From positions 106,950,001 through 107,014,000 of the forward strand of contig NC_042999.1 of NCBI RefSeq assembly GCF_006345805.1: a stretch of DNA of 64,000 bases, written 5' to 3'. A model generated the notes under the pieces. It was not told the origin of the DNA. It saw only the letters and a list, made by a program, of their open reading frames with translations, and ran no database searches. The translations under genes and the position numbers were made by a program. Of the stretch, positions 26,175 to 37,219 are shown piece after piece; the first letter of the stretch is position 1; every line of letters begins with the position of its first letter. The DNA is from Octopus sinensis. Lineage: Eukaryota.

Positions 26175-27581
26175 TTGGATCAGGTGATGAAGGTTACAGA
26201 GAGGGTCATAAGACAACTAATTAGAGAGAGAGTTAGTTTAGATGAGATGCAGTTTGGGTTTGTGCCAGGGAAAAGTACCACTGATGCTATATTCCTGGTA
26301 AGGCAGCTGCAGGAGAAATACCTAGCCAAAGATAAGCCCCTGTACCTGGCTTTTGTTGACATGGAGAAAGCCTTCGACAGGGTCCACTGATCCCTCATCT
26401 GGTGGTCAATGAGGAAACTAGGAATAGATGAATGGTTAGTGAGAGCTGTGCAAGCCATGTACAGGGACGCTGCTAGTAAGGTGAGGGTTGGCAACGAGTA
26501 CAGTGAAGAATTCATGGTAGAGGTTGGGGTCCACCAAGGTTCAGTCCTCAGTCCCCTCCTATTTATCATAGTCCTCCAGGCAATAACGGAGGAATTCAAG
26601 ACAGGATGCCCCTGGGAGCTCCTCTATGCTGATGACCTTGCTCTAATTGCTGAGTCACTATCAGAACTGGAGAAGAGGTTTCAGGTGTGGAAGCAAGGTT
26701 TAGAATCGAAGGGCCTTAGAGTCAACCTAGCTAAAACCAAAGTCGTAATAAGTAGGAAGGTAGACAAATCACAAACGCCTTCAGGTAGATGGCCCTGCTC
26801 GATCTGTAGAAAAGGTGTAGGTAGAAACTCTATAAGATGCACCAAGTGTAAGCTATGGACACATAAGAGGTGCAGCAATGTCATAGGAAGGCTAACTAGG
26901 AAGATGGTTTTTGTATGTGGCAGATGCTCGGGAGCATTAACTTCTGAAAATCTGCAGAAAACAACTTCCGTCACTTTCCAGGGGGAAAAACTAGAAGTAG
27001 TTGATAGCTTCCGTTATCTTGGTGACCAAGTCAGTAGTGGGGGTGGGTGTGCTGAAAGTGTAACGGCTAGAGTAAGAATAGCCTGGGCAAAGTTTAGGGA
27101 GCTCTTACCTCTGTTGGTGACTAAAGGCCTCTCGCTCAGAGTAAAAGGCAGACTGTATGATGCATGTGTACGAACAGCCATGCTACATGGCAGTGAAACA
27201 TGGGCCGTGACTGCTGAGGGCATGCATAAGCTCGCAAGAAATGAAGCTAGTATGCTCCGTTGGATGTGTAATGTCAGTGTTCATAGTCGACAGAGTGTAA
27301 GTACCTTGAGAGAAAAGTTGGACCTAAGAGGCATCAGATGTTGTGTGCAAGAGAGACGATTGCGCTGGTATGGTCATGTGGCCAGAATGGATGAAGATAG
27401 GTGTGTGAAAAAGTGCCACACCCTGGCAGTTGAGGGGACCTGTGGAAGAGGTAGACCCAGGAAAACCTGGGTCGAGGTGGTGAAGCACGACCTTCGAACT
27501 CTAGGTCTCACCAAGGAAATGACCAGAGACCGAGACCTATGGAAGTATGCTGTGCGTCAGAAGACCCGACAAGACCAGTGA
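26175..27581 (+). pseudogene. RTE RT domain with inserted PHD finger; nonsense codon at 26388-26390
   Basis: FVDMEKAFDRVH*SLIWW (CGA to TGA), GVHQGSVLSPLLF, LLYADDL, CSIC...CTKC...H..C...CGRC. Confidence 0.93.
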
Positions 27582-27639
27582 GAACAATCAAAATCAAATC
27601 ATATATCAGAAAGCAGGGGTTAAGTAACACATCCGTTCG

Positions 27640-28905
27640 TGTCCGCTGCCAGCCTCGTCTGGCACCCGTGTCGGTGATACGTAAAAGCACCATTCGCTCG
27701 TGGCCGTTTGCCAGCTCTGTCTGGCCCCATGTCGGTGGCACGTAAAAGCACCATCCGTTCGTGTTCGTTGCTAACCTCGCCTGGCCCCGTGCCGGTGACA
27801 CGTAAAAGCACCGTCCGTTCGTGGCCGTTTGCCAGCTCTGTCTGGCCCCGTGTCAGTGGCACATGAAAGCACCATCCATTCGTGTCCGTTGCCAGCCTCG
27901 GCTGGACCCCGTGCCTGTGACACATAAAAGCACCGTCCATTCGTGGCCGTTTGCCAGCTCTGTCTGGCCCTGTGTCGGTGGCACGTAAAAGCACCATCCG
28001 TTCGTGTCCATTGCTAGCCTCGGCTGGCCCCCGTGCCGGTGACACGTAAAAGCACCGTCCGTTCGTGTCCGTTGCTAGCCTTGGCTGGTCCCCGTGCCGG
28101 TGACACGTAAAAGCACCGTCCGATCGTGGCCGTTTGCCAGCTCTGTCTGGCCCCGTGTTGGTGGCACGTAAAAGCACCATCCGTTCGTGTTTGTTGCCAG
28201 CCTCGGCTGGCCCCCGTGCCGGTGACACATAAAAGCACCGTCCATTCGTGGCCGTTTGCCAGCTCTGTCTGGCTACGTGTCCGTGGCACGTAAAAGCACC
28301 ATCCGTTCATGTCCGTTGCCAGCATCGCCTGGCCCCGTGCCGGTGACATGTAAAAGCACTATCCGTACGTGTCCGTTGCCAGCCTCGGCTGGGCCCCGTG
28401 CCGGTGACACGTAAAAGCACCGTCCGTTTGTGGCCGTTTGCCAGCTCTGTCTGGCCCCGTGTCGGTGGCACGTAAAAGCACCATCTGTTCGTGTTCGTTG
28501 CCAGCCTCGGCTGGCCCCCGTGCCTGTGACACATAAAAGCACCGTCCATTCGTGGCCGTTTGCCAGCTCTGTCTGGCCCTGTGTCGGTGGCACGTAAAAG
28601 CACCATCCGTTCGTGTCCATTGCTAGCCTCGGATGGACCCCGTGCCAGTGACACGTAAAAGCACCGTCCGTTCGTGTCCGTTGCTAGCCTTGGCTGGCCC
28701 CCGTGCCGGTGACACGTAAAAGCACCGTCCGTTCGTGGCCGTTTGCCAGCTCTGTCTGGCCCCGTGTCCGTGGCACGTAAAAGCACCATCCGTTCGTGTC
28801 CGTTGCCAGCATCGCCTGGCCCCGTGCCGGTGACACGTAAAAGCACTATCCGTTCGTGGCCGTTTGCCAGCTCTGTCTGGCACCTGTGCAGGTGGCACAT
28901 AAAAA
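27640..28905 (+). repeat. ~60-bp minisatellite, ~21 units of two interleaved variants, in the RTE 3' UTR
   Basis: taaaagcac recurs about every 60-61 bp from ~27684 to ~28896; variants ...ggccgtttgccagctctgtctggcc and ...gtccgttgccagcctcggctggccc. Confidence 0.95.
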
Positions 28906-29695
28906 ACACCCACTACACTCGCAGAGTGGTTGGCGTTAGGAAGGGCATCCAGCCGTAGAAACACTGCCAGATCTGACTGGGCCCGACGAAGCCTTCCAGC
29001 TTCACAGACCCCAGTTGACCCGTCCAAGCCATGCTAGCATGGAAAGCGGACGCTAAATGATGATGATGATGATGATGACCTAATTAAATAAGTAACTGTA
29101 TTTTTTCTTTTAATAGAAGGAAAACAGTGCCCTATTAGCAATAGTTCACAACTCCCAAGTAAAGGAGAGATAATCTCAAGAAATTAAGACTTAATTTCTC
29201 AAAGCTGATTTAAATCCTTAGGGAAAAGTTTGATTCTTGTTGGCAAGCAAAAGACAACTCTGCACATATTTCATTCCATTAGACCTTATCAGGACAGTAG
29301 TCATCTCAAGCCTGCTTTTCAGCTGAAAAGAATTGTTTACTTAGAAAAAACGTAATAAATAATTTTTATCAACCATTATTTGTTTAATTAAAATAAAGTG
29401 AGTTAAGGATAATGGGATATTATACAAAGAAATGGAGGCTCCTTAAGCCATTGCAAAATTGATAAACTGCATGACTTTTGTAGGGATTTCAAGAACATTT
29501 CATTACAGTGTGATATGTATGTGAGAAAATTCTTCTTTGTCATTCTTGTCTATTTTTTATAATGAATGCAAAATTGGCATGTCTATTTTTGACACTGCAC
29601 TCGATTAAAGCCATCAATTTCATGGAATATAATGTTGCATCTAATTAGACCCACATTAACTTGGGAGATATATCATCATCACCATCATCATTCTC

Positions 29696-29728
<33 letters not shown>

Positions 29729-30199
29729 GTCATTATCATTTAGCATCCATATTCAGTGCTGCATGGGTTGGAAGCCCTGACAGGATCCAGCAAGCTGCAG
29801 TGCTGTACCAAGCTCTAGTGTTAGCTTTGGCAAGTTTCAATAGATGGATGCCCTTTCAACCTCTTAACAATGTGTATTGGGTGCTTTTTTTTCATGCCAC
29901 ATCCACCACTGTAGTTGCTAAATATGTTTGTAAGACAGAAAAAAAGAATGGAAAAGAGGTAAGCCCCACTGACTAAGTGGGAGGGCTATTGGTTAGAGAG
30001 AGGTGGCTTTGTGCCAAGTGCTAAGAGGCTAAAGTATGATAGAGGCACACACACAAGTGTCTTGCTATAGAAATGATATATGGCCACCCCACATTATATA
30101 AGAGAAGCAGTAACTGGGAAGAAGAGGAAAATGCTCTGTTGCACCCTCAGTTTTTTCCCTTTTATTCAAAAGTGTTACCAATGGCGTATTTGATTTATT

Positions 30200-31026
30200 T
30201 AATCCCGTTTCTCTATTATCTTTATCTGTATCGCCATTGCCAACTTGGCTTCCTGTCTGTTTGTTTTCAGGCCTCCTCGTGTTATTCCATTCCAAATGAC
30301 TTCCTACAAGTACTATCTCGCCCCCTCTCATTTAAATTATGTTCTACTAATATTTCCAAAGTTTCTAGATGGTGTGTAATATTCCCTACGATTTATATTC
30401 ATTCTCGCTGCTCCTTCCAAAGTTCTAGATGGTGTGTAATATTCCCTACGAATTATATTTCAACCCCATATTTTAAGCGTTGGTCGTAAACCAAATCCCG
30501 TTTCTCTATTATCTTATCGCCATTGTCAGCATGGCTTCCTGTCCTCTCAATTCCTTCTTTGCTTTCAAGGCCACCCTGTTATTCCATCACCAGGATTCCT
30601 TACAAAGTACTATTCCCGCTACCTCTCACTTAAATTATGTTTTACTCCCCCCCCCAATCCCTAACTCCTTATAAACCAGTGTACGATTTTATTTCGTCCC
30701 ATTTCTCGAGCTACTTGATGGCAACACGGATCTCAGAAATATGACCAGATAAGCGTTCTTCACTTTTAACCTGCCATTCATATTCATATTTTTAAGCGTT
30801 GATCGTAAACCTAATCCCGTTTCTCTATTATCTTTATCTGTATCGCCATTGCCAACTAGGCTTCCTGTCTGTTTTGTTTTCAGGCCTCCTCGTGTTATTC
30901 CATTCCAACTGACTTCCTACAAGTACTATCTCGCCCCCTCTCATTTAAATTATGTTCTACTAATATTTCCAAAGTTTCTAGATGGTGTGTAATATTCCCT
31001 ACGATTTATATTCATTCTCGCTGCTC
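30200..31026. repeat. G-poor tandem repeat block directly upstream of RTE copy 2 (612-bp period with ~300-bp diverged subunits)
   Basis: 30200-30412 is nearly identical to 30812-31025; a diverged version starts at ~30495. Confidence 0.9.
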
Positions 31027-31056
31027 TTTCGAGGCGCCCGCCCTCCCACCCCTCCA

Positions 31057-31116
31057 CCAATAACCGGAAGTTTCTACCAATAACCGGAAGTTTCTACCAA
31101 TAACCGGAAGTTTCTA
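31057..31116 (+). promoter_or_regulatory. 3 x 20-bp repeat (ccaataaccggaagtttcta) carrying CCAAT and ETS-type CCGGAAGT motifs
   Basis: Direct inspection; CCGGAAGT also occurs at 49621-49628 in copy 3. Confidence 0.6.
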
Positions 31117-31324
31117 CCGCTGTCTTGACTCCCCCCCCCCGCGTATACATCCACGTCGGTTCTTTTTGATCATATGGAGCAAAAATGGTGAAACGTATGC
31201 AGCTGTATGGAAGTTTCTAACCCAGTCTTACTTACCACCCCACCCCCATCCCCATGTAGGGTTTATTTGATCATATAGCGCAAAAACTGTGAAATGTATG
31301 CAGGTTGAAGTCTAGTGTTTCAGT

Positions 31325-34300
31325 ATGAAATCTGCCAACTGCAAGCTTTCTTTTCAGGTACATGACACGACTGTCCCTCATCCCAGGGTCTCAGAGGCCT
31401 ACACCTCCCACACCCTCAGAGTTGGCACACTCAATGTTGGCACATTGAAAGGTAGGTCTGGAGAGATTGTAGAGCTGCTTGAACGGAGACGTGTGGATGT
31501 ACGTTGTATCCAGGAAGTAAGGTGGAGAGGAGATTCCGCTAGGCTCCTCACAGGCAAGGAACACAGGTACAAGATTTTCTGGGCAGGGAACACTGACGGG
31601 GTCGGGGGCGTGGGTATACTTCTTGCAGAGAAATGGGTGGGTAAGGTAATCGAGGTAGTCAGAGTAAGTGACAGAGTAATTAAAATTAGATTAGTCCTTC
31701 ACCACAGGACAGCTACCATCATCTCGGCATATGCCCCTCAACCAGGACTACCAGAAGGACAAAAAGACCAATTCTATGACACCCTATTGCGGACTACCTC
31801 GTTGACAAATGACAGTGACCTTCTCTTCGTGGCAGGTGATTTCAATGGACATGTCGGACGGCATGTCGGGGGCTTCCATGGCGTCCATGGAGGCTACGGT
31901 ATTGGCTCTCGAAATGAGGAGGGAACCAGGCTGCTGGAGTTCTGCGATGCAAATGACCTTATGGTCTGCAATACCAACTTCACGAAACCCACCTCTCACC
32001 TAGTCACCTACCGTTCTGGCAGACACACCAGCCAGATTGACTACATCCTTGCCAGAAAAAGGGAAAGAGGGCTGCTTATAAATGCCAAAACCTTTCCAGG
32101 CGAAGAATGTACTCCCCAACATAGATTAGTAGTTAGCGACTTCAGGATCAGAGCTAAATGGTTGCCCAGAAGAAGACCTGCTTGGAGGAGAAGGGTCTGG
32201 AAGCTTAAAGATCCTGCAAATGGACAGAGATTTAGAGACATACTACTCGAAGCCTTTGACGAAATAGAAGGGGATATAGCTTCACTTAATGTGGAAGGCA
32301 ACTGGAGATTTCTACGGGACAATCTGCTGACAGCCACTGACCAGATCTGTGGATGGAGCAAAGTACCATCTCGACCCAGAGTAACATGGTGGTGGAACTC
32401 TGTGGTTGACAGGGCTATTAGACAAAAGAGACAGGCTTGGAAGGACTGGAGGAACGGTGGTAGCAGGGAATTGTATCAGACAGCCAGAAGGGAAGCTAGG
32501 AGACAGGTTTATTTAGCCAGAGGGGAAGCGGATAAGAAAAAATTTGCCAATGTTCTGAGCCGTGAGGATGAAAGACTTGAGGTATTTCGTGTTGCAAGAC
32601 AGTGTGTGAGAGAGAATCGTGATGTGGTAGGAGGGAAGTGTGTTCGCATGGATGATGGTTCACTTGCGCTAAATGAGGATGCAAAGAGAGAGGTTTGGAG
32701 ATGCCACTATGAAAGGTTGCTGAATAAAGAAAATGAATGGGATAAAGAGAGTCTGCCGAATGTTGACCCAACAGAGGGACCAGCTATCCGAGTTGATAGT
32801 TCCGTGGTAGCTAAGGCAATTAGAAGCATGAAGACAGGGAAAGCTCCAGGCCCATCAGGAATTACTGCAGAGATGCTCAAAATATCTGGCAGTGTCGGCT
32901 ATAACCTAGTCACCCGTATAGTCAACCAGGTGATACACGAAGGAGTCATACCCAATGACTGGTGTAGCAGCATACTAGTCAACTGCTACAAAGGTAAAAG
33001 TGATGCCCTAGATACAAATAATTACAGAGGTATCAAGCTGTTGGATCAAGTAATGAAGGTTACGGAGAGGGTCATAGCCCAACTAATTAGAGAGAGAGTT
33101 AGTTTAGATGAGATGCAGTTTGGGTTCGTGCCAGGGAAAAGTACCACTGATGCTATATTCCTGGTAAGGCAGCTGCAGGAGAAATACCTAGCCAAAGATA
33201 AGCCCCTGTACCTGGCTTTTGTTGACATGGAGAAAGCTTTTGATAGGGTCCCCCGATCCCTCATCTGGTGGTCCATGAGGAAACTAGGGATAGATGAATG
33301 GCTGGTGAGGATTGTGCAAGCCATGTACAGAGATGCCGTAAGTAAGGTTAGGGTTGGCAACATGTACACAGAATAATTCAAAGTAGAGGTTGGGGTCCAC
33401 CAAGGTTCAGTACTCAGCCCCCTCCTATTTATCATAGTCCTCCAGGCAATTACGGAGGAATTCAAGACAGGTTGTCCCTGGGAGCTCCTCTACGCTGACG
33501 ACCTTGCTCTTATTGCTGAGTTACTATCAGAGCTGGAGAAGAAGTTCCAGGTGTGGAAGGAGGGTTTAGAATCGAGGGGCCTTAGAGTCAACCTAGCTAA
33601 AACCAAAGTACTAATAAGTAGGAAGGTAGACAATCTACAAATGTCTTCAGGAAGATGGCCCTGCTCGATCTGTAGAAAAGGTGTAGGTAGAAACTCTATA
33701 GGATGTACCCAGTGTAAGCTATGGACACATAAGAGGTGCAGCAATGTCAAAGGTAGGCTAACTGGGAAGATAGTTTTTGTATGTGGCAGATGCTCAGGAG
33801 CATTAACCTCCGAAAATCTGCAGAAAATAACTTCCGTCACTTTCCAAGGGGAAAAACTAGAAGTAGTTGATAGCTTCCGTTATCTAGGTGACCAAGTCAG
33901 TAGTGGGGGTGGGTGTGCTGAAAGTGTAACTGCTAGAATAAGAATAGCCTGGGCAAAGTTTAGGGAGCTCTTACCTCTGCTGGTGACTAAAGGCCTCTCG
34001 CTCAGAGTAAAAGGCAGACTGTATCATGCGTGTGTACGAACAGCCATGCTACATGGCAGTGAAACATGGGCCGTGACTGCCGAGGACATGCGTAAGCTCG
34101 TGAGGAATGAAGCCAGTATGCTCCGATGGATGTGTAATGTCAGTGTACATACTCGACAGAGCGTTAGCACCTTGAGAGAAATGTTGTACCTAAGAGGCAT
34201 CAGTTGTGGTGTGCAAGAGAGACGATTGCGCTGGTATGGTCATGTGGCGAGAATGGATGAAGATAGGTGTGTGAGAAAGTGCCAATCCTTAGCAGTTGAG

Positions 34301-34447
34301 GGAACCCGTGGAAGAGGTAGACCCAGGAAAACCTGGGACGAGGTGGTGAAGCACGACCTTCGAACTTTAGGCCTCACTGAGGAAATGACCAGCGACCGAG
34401 ACCTTTGGAAATATTCTGTACGTGAGAAGACCAGGCAGGACAAGTGA
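31325..34447 (+). pseudogene. RTE single ORF (APE endonuclease, RT, PHD finger), 1041 codons with one nonsense codon (TAA, 33374-33376)
   Basis: LRVGTLNVGTL, CIQEVRW, AGDFNGH, SQIDYIL, QHRLVV; RT motifs. ORFs 31325..33376 and 33551..34447 are in the same frame. Confidence 0.95.
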
Positions 34448-36879
34448 GCCCAGCCCACTTATGAATGCCTTTCCTCCCTTGGACACAAAGACCAGTTGAG
34501 GCAAGCGAAGTCGATATAGAACCTCATCCGACGACAGGCACCCATGCCAACCCCCTTTGCTTGCGAAGACATGTTGGGGCAAGCGAAATCGAAATCGAAT
34601 TGAACCAGCCAGGATCCCTGGTCTGGTGGTACGTAAAAAGCACTATCCGACTCGTGGCCGATGCCAGCGCCTCCTCCACTGGCTTCCGTGCCGGTGGCAC
34701 ATAAAATACACCAATCTGACCGTACGACAGGCACCCATGCCAACCCCCTTGCTTGCGAAGACATGTTGGGGCAAGCGAAATCGAAATCGAATTGAACCAG
34801 CCAGGATCCCTGGTCTGGTGGTACGTAAAAAGCACTATCCGACTCGTGGCCGATGCCAGCACCGCCTCGTCTGGCTTCCGTGCCGGTGGCACATAAAATA
34901 CACCAATCCGACCGTGGCCGTTGCCAGCCTCGCCTGGCACCTGTGCAGGTGGCACGTAAAAAGCACCCACTACACTCACGGAATGGTTGGCGTTAGGAAG
35001 GGCATCCAGCTGTAGAAACACTGCCAGATAAGACTGGAGCCTGGTGCAGCCTTCTGGCTTCCCAGATCCCCGGTCGAACCGTCCAATCCATGCTAGCATG
35101 GAGAACGGACGTTAAACGATGATGATGATGATGATGAAATCCAATTAACATCAATAGTTTTTAACATGAAAAACTATCATCTGAGAAAATATGTTCTTTT
35201 ATGATATTGTATTTGTATTAGCTTTTGATGACAAAAAAGGATTCTAAGTTTTGTCATTTAGGTAGAATATAAAATCTTTTGTGAAAAATCACATCCATGA
35301 CTAAAACAAATGTATGGGATTTTGCTACATGTATTAAAAACAGGGAAGCAATGTAGAATACAATTTGCTGGATATTGTTTTAATTAGAGCAAAAATGAAC
35401 TGTGTCGTCATCTGATCTTTGAAGATAATGACCAGCTAGCCATTATCAAATGCATTCCAATCCAGATGTCATTACCAGAGATTCGGGATATAAAGTGTGA
35501 GACATTGGTAGAAAATTGCAGGACCGTGAATTCCCAAAATAAGTTGTTAGATATGTTTTGACAAAGACTGTCAAATGATGATGGCGATGATAATACACTC
35601 TTACAATCAACTGTTCAGAGAAGTCAAGTGATAAACTTGAACCAGAAAATTTTACAGGCATTATACAAAAGAACACCACCTATACCAGAACACCAACCTT
35701 TCTGAGATTAAGATTTGCTTGAAAGAGTTCAATTAATTTACCAACATTAACATGAAATAAGTCATTCAAACTGTGAAGCTGTGTGCAACAAGGTCAGAGA
35801 GCTTGTAAATTAAAAGAATTCATAGAATTTGGTGACGTAGAAGAAAATGAAATATTTCTCTCTTCTGTCATCAGTTGACATGTACAACATTACACCCCCA
35901 GTTACTGCACCCCATCTAGATATAGTTTTTGATTACCCTTATCTAAGATGAAATATATAAGCCTTCCTGGAAAACACGCTTAATCCACATCTTTCTTTCT
36001 CATCTTCAACATTAAATTAGCAGAATAATATTCATCAGGAAATGAACTAGCTAAAATTACCTGACTAACTATCACTCCACATAATGTAGTAAAGCACTCC
36101 AGATTCCAACAATTCTTCAAACAACATCTCTTTTGTCAAAGAACCATGCCAATACCTCTCTGCTGAGAAAATAATCAAAGAATCGATCTCAGTAGCTATA
36201 AAAATGCAAGATATTAGAAATCTGAGGAACTATTCCCTTTTGATTTGGTGATGGGAAGCAGTAATAAAATGCAAGTGATTTTATTAAAAGGATACATTAC
36301 ACAATAACTAAATCTAGCAATTGTGGAGCATTGTGGGATAGATATAGAAAATGAAAGAGAACTTTGTAAACATTAGTAGATGATTTAAAACATATTCAAA
36401 GTTAAACAGGTGACAACCTGGACATCCAGTTCGTTGGCAAAAGTTTAGAGATTTGTTTGAGAAAGATGTTGTAGTACCATAGAATCTATATGTGGGCCAG
36501 TATTGGAGTAAAGATGGTATGGTGAGATTTGAGGAAAATATGGTTGTTATTGCTAATATAAAGGCTTTAGCATTGGCTCATAAGTTTTGATTTTTAATAG
36601 AAGGGAAATAACCAAGTATTGGACTAGCAAGTCAAAGAAGTTGAGTTCAAGTCTATAGCTAATGTTTTTTATGTTTCCCATTTAATCATCATTGATTTTT
36701 AAAAATTTGTAGCTGTTAGATTCTGAAGATAGTATGTTAACCAAAGACAAACTGGAGAAATTTATCTTCCATTTCCATAACTCCATAAAATCATAATTAA
36801 TTCCCAGTATCTTATAGACGTAAAAAAGTGTTTACAGAAGAACGAGAGGATCATTGCTTTCGATGAGAAAAACGAAAGA

Positions 36880-37191
36880 GTGTATAAGTGTTGTAAATTT
36901 TCAAGATTTGTGTTGTATAGTAGGGCCACAGATGTGAAAGCAACCGCTCGCTTCGCGAAGGTAGAGGAGGACGAGTGGAAGGAGGAGGTTCTTCAGGAGC
37001 ATCTGAGGAACCGACTGATCAGAGACGTGACCAAAGAGGTAATGGAGGGCAAACTTGTAATAACCCCGGCAACCACACCCACCCAGAGCCCGGTGGCAAC
37101 GCCGGTCAAGAGCCCTGCAGCAGCAACTACAAGGGAGGAAGAAGGGGAAGCAGGCAGATTTAAACTGCCATGCTCCCTTTCCCAACCGTGA
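36880..37191 (+). CDS. Putative ORF1 C-terminal remnant of the Tx1 element
   Basis: Frame open from ~36781; charged helical region followed by a P/T/A-rich tail; stops 28 bp before ORF2; no zinc knuckle seen. Confidence 0.5.
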   Translation: MYKCCKFSRFVLYSRATDVKATARFAKVEEDEWKEEVLQEHLRNRLIRDVTKEVMEGKLVITPATTPTQSPVATPVKSPAAATTREEEGEAGRFKLPCSLSQP

Positions 37192-37219
37192 GTACATTTA
37201 TTTTTCTCTCTCACCTACA

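Larger units (their letters stand above)
26101..29078 (+). mobile_element. RTE-clade LINE copy 1, 5'-truncated, with (GAT)n tail
   Basis: Homology to copies 2 and 3 starts at ~26101; contains RT motifs, a 3' UTR ending catgctagcatggaaagcggacgctaaa and (TGA)n. Confidence 0.95.
31036..35137 (+). mobile_element. RTE-clade LINE copy 2, apparently full length
   Basis: 5' UTR start gcccgccctcccaccc is shared with copy 3; single long ORF; 3' UTR with a 193-bp tandem duplication (34531/34724); (GAT)n tail. Confidence 0.95.

Noticed and set aside
26180-26599. Conserved antisense ORF MNSSVIAWRT... in all three RTE copies
   Set aside because: It mirrors the conserved RT coding strand; no independent evidence of coding.
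27640-28905. CRISPR-like periodic repeats
   Set aside because: Units are contiguous with no unique spacers, there are no cas genes, and the array lies within a LINE 3' UTR in eukaryotic DNA.
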